The notes beneath the pieces were generated by a model that was not told the origin of the DNA, searched no databases, and worked only from the letters and a program-made list of their open reading frames with translations. The position numbers and the translations under genes were made by a program. From contig OZ024743.1 in NCBI GenBank assembly GCA_964016885.1, positions 183,086,001-183,150,000 on the forward strand: a stretch of DNA of 64,000 bases, read 5' to 3'. The stretch's first letter is position 1; each line of letters opens with the position of its first letter. This document shows, piece by piece, positions 30,496 through 42,930 of the stretch. This stretch comes from Eledone cirrhosa (taxonomy: Eukaryota).

Positions 30496-33400
30496 ATAAT
30501 AATAATAATGAAATTATTGTGTACAGTGCTCAAGTGCACTACAACTCATCAAAGGTGCATGTACAGTACATAGGGCAATGCACAAACATCAGTAAAATGA
30601 ACAGTGCACGAGTCATGATACACACGTGTGCATATGTATGGAAGGGGTACATCAGGTGTAGTTTTGGCATATTTCGGGAAGCATGAGTGTCTTAAAGGAT
30701 GCAGTGTCTCGGCAGCTAACAACTGACGCAGGCAGTTTGTTCCATGCTTCAGCAACTCTGAGCGTGAAAAAATGTCTACGAAAGTCATGGGAGCTGTGCT
30801 GTTTTCTGATTTTGTAGGCATGTCCACGTGTGTTAGACACATGGAGATCAAAAAGGTGCTCAGGGTTGTTGTTGGCGAGATGGTTAATAAATTTGTGGGG
30901 ATTCACCAAGTCCATTGCCAGACGTTGGAGCTTCAATGAATCCATGCCCAGGGAAGCAAGGCGTTCAGAGTATGGTAGATGTCTGATGGAGGGTATGCGC
31001 TTGGTTGCACGTCTCTGAACAGTTTCCAGGAGGTCAATGTTCTGAGCAAGATAGGGGTTCCAGGCTGACGATGCGAATTCCAAGTGTGGTCGTACCATAG
31101 CTGTATACAATTTTAAATAGATGGCCTTCTTGACAATCTTAGAGATATGCTTTGTCCAACGCAAATCGCTGCTGACAGTAATGCCCAGGTCACGTTCACA
31201 AGAGGACTTCTTGATATCAGTGTTGTGGAGGGAGTATGTGGACGCTGGATTTTTCCTTCCAAAATGCATGGTCGTACACTTGTCCACAGCCAGCTTCAGT
31301 TGCCAGTCTGTGATCCATTGCTGCATTGTGTCCAGGTCTGATTGTAGGAAAGAGTTGTAAATTTCAGGATCAGTCCTTTTGGTTTCAAGGTACAGCTTGA
31401 TGTCATCTGCATATTTCAGTACCGTGGCATTCTGTAAGTTGGCATCTATGTCATTAATATGTGCCACAAACAAAAGGGGACCAAGAACAGATCCCTGTGG
31501 TACACCAGATGACATCTCATATGGTGAAGAATGCTGTCTTAGAACCGTGACTACTTCTTTTCGGCTGAGAATGAAGGATTTCAACCAGTCGAAAAGATCA
31601 TCCCTCACACCCATTGCAGAGAGTTTTGCCATAAGTCTTTTGTGTGGCACAGAATTAAAAGCCTTAGCAAAGTCAAGGTAAACAACATCCACCCATGAGC
31701 CGCTGTCAGTGATCCGGGTGATGTCTTCAAGGAACTCGATAAGCTGATCACAGCAGCTGGAGTTAGGGATAAATCCAAACTGTGAGGGCTGGATGAGGCT
31801 GTGAGAGCTCCAGAAGTTCCAAAGTGTTTCTCTGACACAGGATTCCATCAGTTTGGCCATATAGCTAGTAAGACTGAGTGGACGATAGTTGACAGGTGAC
31901 ATGCGGTTGCCCTTTTTGAACAGGGGAATAACACTGGCAGTTTTCCACTGCTCCGGAGTAGCACCATTGTTGAGACAGTATTGAAAAAGAAAGAAAGCTG
32001 GCGCAAAAGGAAATACCCGCCACGTTTGAGAAGCAGGTATGTCACACCATCAAGACCAGGGGAGGCATAGTTGTGCTTATTCTTAAGGTGACGTCGCAAC
32101 ATTGCAGGTGTAAATTCCATAGTTGTTATGGAATTTGATGTTAGAGATGGTGGAGATGGTACATTCTGGTTTTCAACAGTAAAAATACTTGCATAGCACT
32201 CAGCAATGAGTTCTGCGCATTCTTTGGGATCGTCAGTGATCTGGCTTGTGTGGGGATTGCGAAGAGGACCAACTGGAGAGTGAGGTCTCTGCTTTGAATG
32301 GACATATTTCCAGAACACCTTACTGTCAGGATTGGTTGCTATGCACTGTTCAAATTCAAGCACTGCCTTCTTTGTCACTTGCTTGAGATGGTTAGAAGAT
32401 TTATTCCGCTTTTTTCTGTTGGCATCTGATTTATGCAGTTTATATTCCCGTTCAGCGTTCCAACGTTCTTTCCTGGCAAGTCGGACCGCTGAAGTTTCCC
32501 AAATTGCACTTTTGGGGTGGTTATTTTTCCGCTTACGTGGCACCGATGCTGCACACGCTATCCATATTGAGTCCAGGATGCTCTGGAGTATAGTGTTCAC
32601 ATCTCCAGAGTTATACATCTCATGCCAGTTTGGGCGCTGTAGCTCAGTGCAGTACAAGTTCCAATCTGCCCTCTTCCAATCAAAGCAAGCAGATTGGAGA
32701 TGGCTCTGGTTTTTGTTGCTGCCCTCAAGTGCCAGATTGGCAATGATCATAGCATGATCAGAGTCACCTAGAGGTTCCTCAGTAGTACAACTGATAACCA
32801 CTTCAGGAGTAGTGGTGAAGATCAGGTCCAAAGTGTTGTCACCTCTTGTTGGAGAGGTGACTACTTGTGACCAGTTTGAGTCCAGCACTAGTTCAAGGAA
32901 ATCGTTTGCACCTTGTGGCCAACGAAAGGTTTCCTAATTGATCTCAGGATGATTGAAGTCACCTGCAATAAACACATAAGTGGCTGTTTTCTTGGCAGCA
33001 ACTCTGAGGATATCGCAAAGCTGTGTGTCCTGATGGTAGTTTGGGGGGCGATAAACAACACCAAGCAGAAGTGTTGACATGGTCATACGTATGTCACAGA
33101 AAAAAACTTCTTCCTGTGATTCGTTCAAATCAACGCAAGGAATTACCGAAAAGTTTGAACGAACGTAGACCATCACACCACCACGGCGATTAATGCGGTC
33201 CTTGCGGAAAAGGTTGTACCCAGTAATGCTGAAAACCCCATCACAGAGTAAGGAATGTGCCCATGTTTCTGTGACTGTGATGAAGTCAGGGTCGATGCTT
33301 CTGACGTAGGATTCAAACAGATGTATCTTGTTGCATTAACTGCGAGCATTTAAGGACAACAATTTGTACCCTGCTCGCAGTTTATGATGGTGTGTAGAGG

Positions 33401-33547
33401 GTGGCAGGTTGTTCTGGTTTAGTTTCCCAGAGTTGTAGCAGTTTTTACATTGCCAGTTATTGTGGGTAGATCACACTCAGACCAGCTGGTATCTCTCTTC
33501 CACGTTTCACCAGCCTTGACAAACCTCCAGATCTGCCCATCATCACG
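30496..33547 (-). mobile_element. CR1-clade LINE, near-complete ORF2 (APE and RT) with stops and frameshifts, 5' truncated near the end of ORF1
   Basis: APE motifs LNARS, VTETW, RGGV, VVYRPP, AGDFN, TLDL and SDH. RT motifs NYRPLSL, QFGF, YLDFAKAF, SGVPQGSVLGPLLF and YADD. CR1 C-terminus VRPHLEF, VQRRATK, WNKLP. (TTA)n tail at ~30494-30508 and a possible CAGTAATA TSD. Confidence 0.93.
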
Positions 33548-33844
33548 CAGTAATACAATACTATACTATATATTTTGAACAGTAATACTATACAACACAG
33601 ATGGCTTATCATCTGTTTATCCAAGCGAAGCTAGGAACATCAGCTATATATATATATCTGGATACAGTAGAACACGCCAATGGTAGCCGGGCATCAGCCG
33701 ACCATCAGCCGGATGGGCCAGCTAGTAGAACATAAAACTCAGCTAACAAAGCCTTTAAATTAATGGACTGTCAGAATCACTCAAGCATAACAAAAAAATA
33801 TTCTGACTAATGAAAATAAATGATAGGAGTAATTTAAAGATAAC

Positions 33845-34032
33845 TAACACACACACACACTAACACACACACGCACTAACACACATACATACACACACAC
33901 ACACTAACACACACACACACCCACACACACACACACACTAACACACACTAACACACACACACACACACTAACACACACACACATATTAACACACACACAC
34001 TAACACACACACACACTAACACACACACACAC

Positions 34033-34075
<43 letters not shown>

Positions 34076-34115
34076 CACACGGACACACGGACACACACAC
34101 ACACACACGGACACC

Positions 34116-34157
<42 letters not shown>

Positions 34158-34255
34158 CACACACACGGACACACACTAACACACACGGACACCGACACAC
34201 GGACACACACACACGGACACACGAACACACACATCACTCAAACATACATACACAC
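33845..34255. repeat. (CA)n microsatellite with TAA and GGA interruptions
   Basis: Directly visible. Confidence 0.95.
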
Positions 34256-34307
34256 CTTAATTATTTTAATTTCTTCATCTCTTTACTAGATCTTCACTAC
34301 CTACTAC

Positions 34308-34515
34308 TCATCATCATCACTAATGTCTATTTTCCATGCTTGCATGATTTAGACTGTCCTGCCGCATGCTGAGGTCTGATTGGTCAGCTGACTAGGTCCT
34401 GCTCATACACTTTATTTTGGCTTGGTTTCTATAGCTGGATACCCTTCCTAACACCAACCTCCTTACAGTGTGTAGTAGGAGCATGGTTTCTATGGCTGGA
34501 TACCCTTCCTAACAT
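34308..34515 (-). mobile_element. RTE-derived SINE-like fragment
   Basis: CATCATCATC...TTTCCATGCTTGCATG...GCTGGATACCCTTCCTAACA (last motif duplicated), related to 18064-18300. Confidence 0.6.
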
Positions 34516-35139
34516 CTCACTTTGGAGTGGAAACATCTCACTTTGAAGGGAAAGATCTCATTTTGAAACTGAAGGATCTCACTTCGAAGTGTAAATATTC
34601 CACTAGTGGAAAGATCTTTCCACCAGTGAGATCTTTCCCACTTTAAAGTGAGATTAATTATTTTAAAATAAGACTTTTCACCATTTCAAAGTGAGAGCAG
34701 CGAGTTCAAAGTGAGATTAACACAAAAATATTTACTTTTATTTTCAAAGTGGAAAGATCTAACTTCAGTAGTCATAGATGTCTTTAAAAAGATGGAACAG
34801 TTATAACTGAAATATATTTGATGATATATCTAGTGGATCAGCAACAACAGCAGTCCTCACTTCCAAATCTGAAAGGCTTTACAAAATGTCGTTGATACAA
34901 CTCTTTCTCTAAACAATCAGAAAAACTGTTTAAATGACAGTTAAATCATTTATTCTTAGGAATTGAAAATATTCTTAGATGACCTGTAAAACCAGTTTGA
35001 TAAACTAGGTTAAGATGTGTATATATTGGGTGTGTATTGGTTGCGTGTGGGTGTAGATGTATTGGGTGTGTGCTTGCTGTATATGTATGTGTGGTGCTGG
35101 GTGTGTGTGTATGTATAAATTAGAGTATGTGTTGGTTGC

Positions 35140-35620
35140 TTAGATGCCTCTATAATTGTTCCTTTCTAGAGCATATCCTTTAACTTTGTAGCAATTAATG
35201 ATGATACTGCTATGCCATTCACCTGGTATGATACCATCATGTATTATCTGTTTGACTGTGTCAGTGTCTAGCTTAAGTCTTACTTTGCCAGATGTTTTCA
35301 GCAGCTCAGCAACTATCCCAGATGCCCATACACATATAAATATACACACACGCACACACGCACACGCACACACAGATGGACTAGCATTTTTACTTTTCTT
35401 CACATCGTTAATGGTCTCGTTAACCATATAACTAGATATCACTAGCTTGTCTTTCTGTTGGGCCTCCTTGGGTTAGACTCTCTTCATCCTCATTTTTCAC
35501 ACACATTCAGCAACCTTTTATAGGGTAATTTCTAAGCCTCTTTCTTCTGCACACCAGTGAAACAAAGTACACCAGCATTGTTCCAAAACACTTTTTTTCC
35601 AACATTGTTTTGAGTTATTG
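35140..35620 (-). mobile_element. Decayed RTE fragment
   Basis: SGIVAELLKTSG...WHSSIIINCYKVKGYALERNNYRGI, interrupted by (CA)n. Confidence 0.8.
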
Positions 35621-35689
35621 ACAAACCAGAACACACAAAAGAAAAAAAAAACATTGATAATTAAGAGAGTAAGAGAATTTTTGGGAGTT

Positions 35690-36033
35690 TCACCTGTTGA
35701 CGTTAAACTTTGTTAAATATTGAACAGTGTAAACATAGAGAGCTGTTGATGTTGAATAGTGAAAGAAATTTCAAATCTTAGGATGTCATCCTAAGATTTG
35801 AAATTTCTTTCACTATTCAAACAGAACTTAAAAAGATAAGTTCTTGTTTTTTGGATATGTCAATATTTATAAAACAACTTTTATATTTTATCTGATGAGA
35901 GTGTACCAAAATGTTGGTATCCTTGAAATATATATAGTAAAATAAATATGGTTTTATAAAGTATAGTTTCCATTTATTAATATCATTTATTTATATCATG
36001 CTAGCGTGGAAGATGGACGTTAAACGTTGATGA

Positions 36034-36075
<42 letters not shown>

Positions 36076-36260
36076 AAAGTTATATTTAAATTGTTGGGTT
36101 AACAACGAGTAAATATTTATAACTGATATAAAAGCACTCAACAAGTATTTGGAGTATATTTATGATATTAAATAAATGGAAACTATATTTATAAAACCAA
36201 ATATAACGAAATAAATATGGTTTTATAAATATAGTTTCCATTTATTTAATATCATATATA
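35690..36260. mobile_element. Penelope-like pseudo-LTR remnants with fold-back inversions
   Basis: Contains a hammerhead, perfect inverted repeats at 35752-35820 and 36161-36256, and a segment (36074-36148) shared with 1479-1553. Abuts (TA)n. Confidence 0.55.
35884..35944 (+). ncRNA. Second-family minimal type-I hammerhead ribozyme (probably degenerate)
   Basis: UAUUUUAU-CUGAUGA(35892-35898)-helix II with UACCAA/aaug/UUGGUA-GAAA(35925-35928)-U-AUAU-A-UA(35936)-GUAAAAUA. Helix I can extend by UUUAUAAAAC/GUUUUAUAAA. Confidence 0.6.
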
Positions 36261-36600
36261 TATATATATATATATTAGAGAGAGAGAGATTATAGTAATA
36301 ATATCGGTTTCCATTAGTTGAATTTGTGTAACTTCAAATCGAAGACTGTCAACTTGCAATGGTTTTGACTCAACAGATGAAGTACTTATAGTATTTCTGT
36401 TGGTACAAGGAAGGTAATTCCTGGAGTATTTATATAGAAATTAATAAATCACATGAATACACCAGTTTCACAAATGAAGGACTAATATTTATTATGTAAC
36501 TGACACATGTTTCATTATTTGTTACATGTAGCACTCTTGAACATGTAGCATAACATTGCTAAACTGATGAACTCTATATTTTTAATATCTGATATAACTA

Positions 36601-39600
36601 ATGTGTATGTCCCCCCCCCCTCTTCCCAATAGTGACATTGGCAGGTACCTGTGTATGTCCCCCCCCCTCTTCCCAATAGTGACATTGGCAGGTACCAGTG
36701 TATGCCCCCCCCCCCTCTTCCCAATAGTGACATTGGCAGGTACCAGTGTATGCCCCCCCCCTCTTCCCAATAGTGACATTGGCAGGTACCAGTGTATGCC
36801 CCCCCCCCTCTTCCCAATAGTGACATTGGCAGGTACCAGTGTATGCCCCCCCACCCCTCTTCCCAATAGTGACATTGGCAGGTACCTGTGTATGCCCACC
36901 CCCTCTTCCCAATAGTGACATTGGCAGGTACCAGTGTATGCCCCCCCCTCTTCCCAATAGTGACATTGGCAGGTACCAGTGTATGCCCCCCCCTCTTCCC
37001 AATAGTGACATTGGCAGGTACCTGTGTATGCCCACCCCCTCTTCCCAATAGTGACATTGGCAGGTACCAGTGTATGCCCCCCCCTCTTCCCAATAGTGAC
37101 ATTGGCAGGTACCTGTGTATGTCCCCCCCCCTCTTCCCAATAGTGACATTGGCAGGTACCAGTGTATGCCCCCCCCCCTCTTCCCAATAGTGACATTGGC
37201 AGGTACCAGTGTATGCCCCCCCCTCTTCCCAATAGTGACATTGGCAGGTACCAGTGTATGCCCCCCCCCCCCCCCCCTCTTCCCAATAGTGACATTGGCA
37301 GGTACCAGTGTATGCCCCCCCCCCCTCTTCCCAATAGTGACATTGGCAGGTACCAGTGTATGCCCCCCCCCCTCTTCCCAATAGTGACATTGGCAGGTAC
37401 CAGTGTATGCCCCCCCACCCCTCTTCCCAATAGTGACATTGGCAGGTACCTGTGTATGCCCACCCCCTCTTCCCAATAGTGACATTGGCAGGTACCAGTG
37501 TATGCCCCCCCTCTTCCCAATAGTGACATTGGCAGGTACCAGTGTATGCCCCCCCCCCCCCCCTCTTCCCAATAGTGACATTGGCAGGTACCTGTGTATG
37601 CCCACCCCCTCTTCCCAATAGTGACATTGGCAGGTACCAGTGTATGCCCCCCCTCTTCCCAATAGTGACATTGGCAGGTACCAGTGTATGCACCCCCCCC
37701 TCTTCCCAATAGTGACATTGGCAGGTACCAGTGTATGCCCCCCCCTCTTCCCAATAGTGACATTGGCAGGTACCTGTGTATGCCCACCCCCTCTTCCCAA
37801 TAGTGACATTGGCAGGTACCAGTGTATGCCCTCCCTCTTCCCAATAGTGACATTGGCAGGTACCAGTGTATGCCCCCCCCTCTTCCCAATAGTGACATTG
37901 GCAGGTACCAGTGTATGCCTCCCCCTCTTCCCAATAGTGACATTGGCAGGTACCAGTGTATGCCCCCCCCTCTTCCCAATAGTGACATTGGCAGGTACCA
38001 GTGTATGCCCCCCCCCCTCTTCCCAATAGTGACATTGGCAGGTACCAGTGTATGCCCCCCCCTCTTCCCAATAGTGACATTGGCAGGTACCAGTGTATGC
38101 CCCCCCCTCTTCCCAATAGTGACATTGGCAGGTACCAGTGTATGCCCCCCCCCTCTTCCCAATAGTGACATTGGCAGGTACCAGTGTATGCCCCCCCCTC
38201 TTCCCAATAGTGACATTGGCAGGTACCAGTGTATGCCCCCCCCTCTTCCCAATAGTGACATTGGCAGGTACCAGTGTATTCCCCCCTCTTCTCAATAGTG
38301 ACATTGGCAGGTACCTGTGTATGCCCACCCCCTCTTCCCAATAGTGACATTGGCAGGTACCAGTGTATGCCCACCCCCTCTTCCCAATAGTGACATTGGC
38401 AGGTACCAGTGTATGCCCCCCCCTCTTCCCAATAGTGACATTGGCAGGTACCAGTGTATGCCCCCCCCTCTTCCCAATAGTGACATTGGCAGGTACCAGT
38501 GTATGCCCCCCCCTCTTCCCAATAGTGACATTGGCAGGTACCAGTGTATGCCCCCCCCTCTTCCCAATAGTGACATTGGCAGGTACCAGTGTATTCCCCC
38601 CTCTTCTCAATAGTGACATTGGCAGGTACCTGTGTATGCCCACCCCCTCTTCCCAATAGTGACATTGGCAGGTACCAGTGTATGCCCACCCCCTCTTCCC
38701 AATAGTGACATTGGCAGGTACCAGTGTATTCCCCCCTCTTCTCAATAGTGACATTGGCAGGTACCAGTGTATTCCCCCCTCTTCTCAATAGTGACATTGG
38801 CAGGTACCAGTGTATGCCCCCCCCTCTTCCCAATAGTGACATTGGCAGGTACCAGTGTATGCCCCCCCCCTCTTCCCAATAGTGACATTGGCAGGTACCA
38901 GTGTATGCACCCCCCTTCCCAATAGTGACATTGGCAGGTACCAGTGTATGCCCCCCCCTCTTCCCAATAGTGACATTGGCAGGTACCAGTGTATTCCCCC
39001 CTCTTCTCAATAGTGACATTGGCAGGTACCTGTGTATGCCCACCCCCTCTTCCCAATAGTGACATTGGCAGGTACCAGTGTATGCCCACCCCCTCTTCCC
39101 AATAGTGACATTGGCAGGTACCTGTGTATGTCCCCCCCTCTTCCCAATAGTGACATTGGCAGGTACTAGTGTATGCCCCCCCCCTCTTCCCAATAGTGAC
39201 ATTGGCAGGTACCAGTGTATGCCCCCCCCCCCTCTTCCCAATAGTGACATTGGCAGGTACCAGTGTATGCCCCCCCCTCTTCCCAATAGTGACATTGGCA
39301 GGTACCAGTGTATGCCCCCCCTCTTCCCAATAGTGACATTGGCAGGTACCAGTGTATGCCCCCCCCCCCCCCTCTTCCCAATAGTGACATTGGCAGGTAC
39401 CAGTGTATGCCCCCCCTCTTCCCAATAGTGACATTGGCAGGTACCAGTGTATGCCCACCTCCTCTTCCCAATAGTGACATTGGCAGGTACCAGTGTATGC
39501 CCCCCCCTCTTCCCAATAGTGACATTGGCAGGTACCTGTGTATGCCCACCCCCTCTTCCCAATAGTGACATTGGCAGGTACCAGTGTATGCCCCCCCTCT

Positions 39601-41990
39601 TCCCAATAGTGACATTGGCAGGTACCAGTGTATGCCCCCCCTCTTCCCAATAGTGGCATTGGCAGGTACCAGTGTATGCCCCCCCTCTTCCCAATAGTGG
39701 CATTGGCAGGTACCAGTGTATGCTCCCCCTCTTCCCAATAGTGACATTGGCAGGTACCTGTGTATGCCCCCCCTCTTCCCAATAGTGACATTGGCAGGTA
39801 CCAGTGTATGCCCCCCCTCTTCCCAATAGTGACATTGGCAGGTACCAGTGTATGCCCCCCCCTCTTCCCAATAGTGACATTGGCAGGTACCAGTGTATGC
39901 CCCCCCTCTTCCCAATAGTGACATTGGCAGGTACCAGTGTATGCCCCCCCCTCTTCCCAATAGTGACATTGGCAGGTACCTGTGTATGCCCCCCCCTCTT
40001 CCCAATAGTGGCATTGGCAGGTACCAGTGTATGCCCCCCCTCTTCCCAATAGTGACATTGGCAGGTACCAGTGTATGCCCCCCCTCTTCCCAATAGTGAC
40101 ATTGGCAGGTACCAGTGTATGCCCCCCCCCCCTCTTCCCAATAGTGACATTGGCAGGTACCTGTGTATGCCCCCCCCCTCTTCCCAATAGTGGCATTGGC
40201 AGGTACCAGTGTATGCCCCCCCTCTTCCCAATAGTGACATTGGCAGGTACCAGTGTATGCCCCCCCTCTTCCCAATAGTGACATTGGCAGGTACCAGTGT
40301 ATTCCCCCCCCTCTTCCCAATAGTGACATTGGCAGGTACCAGTGTATGCCCCCCCTCTTCCCAATAGTGACATTGGCAGGTACCAGTGTATTCCCCCCCC
40401 TCTTCCCAATAGTGGCATTGGCAGGTACCAGTGTATGCCCCCCCTCTTCCCAATAGTGACATTGGCAGGTACCAGTGTATGCCCCCCCTCTTCCCAATAG
40501 TGACATTGGCAGGTACCAGTGTATGCCCACCCCCCTCTTCTCAATAGTGACACTGGCAGGTACCTGTGTATGCCCCCCCTCTTCCCAATAGTGGCATTGG
40601 CAGGTACCAGTGTATGCCCCCCCTCTTCCCAATAGTGACATTGGCAGGTACCAGTGTATGCCCCCCCTCTTCCCAATAGTGACATTGGCAGGTACCAGTG
40701 TATGCCCCCCCCCTCTTCCCAATAGTGACATTGGCAGGTACCTGTGTATGCCCCCCCCTCTTCCCAATAGTGGCATTGGCAGGTACCAGTGTATGCCCCC
40801 CCTCTTCCCAATAGTGACATTGGCAGGTACCAGTGTATTCCCCCCCCCTCTTCCCAATAGTGACATTGGCAGGTACCAGTGTATGCCCACCCCCTCTTCT
40901 CAATAGTGACACTGGCAGGTACCTGTGTATGTCCCCCCCTCTTCCCAATAGTGACATTGGCAGGTACCAGTGTATGTCCCCCCCTCTTCCCAATAGTGAC
41001 ATTGGCAGGTACCAGTGTATGCCCCCCCCTCTTCCCAATAGTGACATTGGCAGGTACCAGTGTATGCCCCCCCCCCCCCTCTTCCCAATAGTGACATTGG
41101 CAGGTACCAGTGTATGCCCCCCCCTCTTCCCAATAGTGACATTGGCAGGTACCAGTGTATGCACCCCCTCTTCCCAATAGTGACATTGGCAGGTACCAGT
41201 GTATGCACCCCCTCTTCCCAATAGTGACATTGGCAGGTACCAGTGTATGCCCCCCCCCCCTCTTCCCAATAGTGACATTGGCAGGTACCAGTGTATGCCC
41301 CCCCCCCCCCCTCTTCCCAATAGTGACATTGGCAGGTACCAGTGTATGCCCCCCCCTCTTCCCAATAGTGACATTGGCAGGTACCAGTGTATGCCCCCCC
41401 TCTTCCCAATAGTGACATTGGCAGGTACCAGTGTATGCCCACCCCCTCTTCCCAATAGTGACATTGGCAGGTACCTGTGTATGCCCACCCCCTCTTCCCA
41501 ATAGTGACATTGGCAGGTACCAGTGTATGCACCCCCTCTTCCCAATAGTGACATTGGCAGGTACCAGTGTATGCACCCCCTCTTCCCAATAGTGACATTG
41601 GCAGGTACCAGTGTATGCCCCCCCCCCCTCTTCCCAATAGTGACATTGGCAGGTACCAGTGTATGCCCCCCCCCCCTCTTCCCAATAGTGACATTGGCAG
41701 GTACCAGTGTATGCCCCCCCCCTCTTCCCAATAGTGACATTGGCAGGTACCAGTGTATGCCCCCCCTCTTCCCAATAGTGACATTGGCAGGTACCAGTGT
41801 ATGCCCCCCCCCTCTTCCCAATAGTGACATTGGCAGGTACCAGTGTATGCCCCCCTCTTCCCAATAGTGACATTGGCAGGTACCAGTGTATGCCCCCCTC
41901 TTCCCAATAGTGACATTGGCAGGTACCAATGTATGCCCCCCCCTCCCCCCCTCTTCCCAATACTGACATTGGTTGCTACCAGTGTATGAA
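36601..41990. repeat. ~44-52-bp satellite GTGTATG(C)nTCTTCCCAATAGTGACATTGGCAGGTACCA
   Basis: Over 100 tandem units, each with a KpnI site. Length variation is almost entirely in the poly-C tract. Confidence 0.97.
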
Positions 41991-42063
41991 GCCCAGAGAG
42001 AGAGATCACCAAAATAAATAAGCCTACATGTGTGACATCCAAACATGTACCTTCCACCTCCAA

Positions 42064-42930
42064 CTATTTTACCCACTGTTTCTGGGTCCTGGCTGACAGG
42101 ATGGAGAATATATTGCCCTGGAGGAAGGCATAGATGTGCTGGAACAGTGACTCCACTTTGCAGGGCTCACACTTGCGGGCAGCTGCCGTTCTGATAGCAG
42201 TGAATAAGGTTGTAGTCAGGGGGTCAAGAATGCCGGAAGTCTCCACAGCTACAGGCTCGAACTGGGAAGGGAAGCCTGCACCATCCAGGCCATGCTTTTA
42301 GACAGTCATAGGCAACCTGCGCCCCGCGGCCCGACTGAGGCCCACAAAGTTTTCTGAATGGCTCGCCTAAGTCACCTAAGTGAAATCTTTGATTTTTTTT
42401 TTACCCCAACTTTTCAGTCGTAATTTATCTTTCTATGATTTTTACAATGAAGGAAAACAACGTGTACGAATTCTGAAGAAACAAATCAAAACAACCTGAG
42501 TTACCACCCTTTTTTTTTAATGTGGGCACAAATGTAAATTAGCGCTTGCAGCCCACCTGATGATGAGCCATATCTCATGCAACCCGCTTCTCGAAAAAGG
42601 TTGCCCATGCCTGCTTTAAGATCTCGCTGAGAGCAGCATGTCATGGAAGGTAGCCAGCAATGTAATGGTATGACAGTGATTGGAGACCAAAAAGTTCCAC
42701 ATTGGAATCACAGCAGCATCTGTGAGGCTCACAGACATGGAGGCTGCACTTCAGGGAAACACTGATGTGCAAGCAGTCACTGTCCAGCTGAGTGCCAGTC
42801 ACAAGTGAGGGAACTGTGTTGAACCAGGCACCACTGTGGGGTTGGGAGCCTGAGTGGAAACATACCCGATGGTACTGGTCTAAGTGAAGCACCAGCCTGT
42901 CTGAGGTCATGTTGCACTGATAATGGTGGT
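42064..42930 (-). mobile_element. CRE-clade RLE retrotransposon 3' fragment, decayed and split by a MITE
   Basis: HSGAWFNTVPSLVTGTQLD...CEPHRCCC...HAALSEILK|HGLDGAGFPSQFEPVAVETSG...LFQHIYAFLQGNIFSIL matches CRE C-terminal motifs (SGAWL, C-C-H-C knuckle, AVETxG, QRGN). Confidence 0.75.
42303..42613. mobile_element. hAT-type MITE
   Basis: TIRs CAGTCATAGGCAACCT and AGGTTGCCCATGCCTG (14/16). 8-bp TSD CTTTTAGA/CTTTAAGA. Confidence 0.85.

Larger units (their letters stand above)
26093..33725 (+). mobile_element. Probable non-autonomous Helitron enclosing a satellite and nested insertions
   Basis: 5' end A|TCTATATTAATAAAGCTGACGG at 26093, repeated at 26414, followed by AAAACGGCTGGACC...CACCAAATTTG. 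3' end is a GC-rich hairpin-like segment then CAGCTAG|T at 33722-33726, with a second 3'-like relic at ~33621-33646. Pairing of the ends is inference. Confidence 0.45.

Noticed and set aside
36290-36425. Possible minus-strand exon after TACTCCAG (NYLPCTNRNTISTSSVESKPLQ...)
   Set aside because: Short open frame with no clear donor site or homology.
36515-42076. 1315-aa Cys/His/Trp repeat protein (YTGTCQCHYWEEGG)
   Set aside because: This is translation of a satellite. Poly-G length changes shuffle the frames with no frame preservation.
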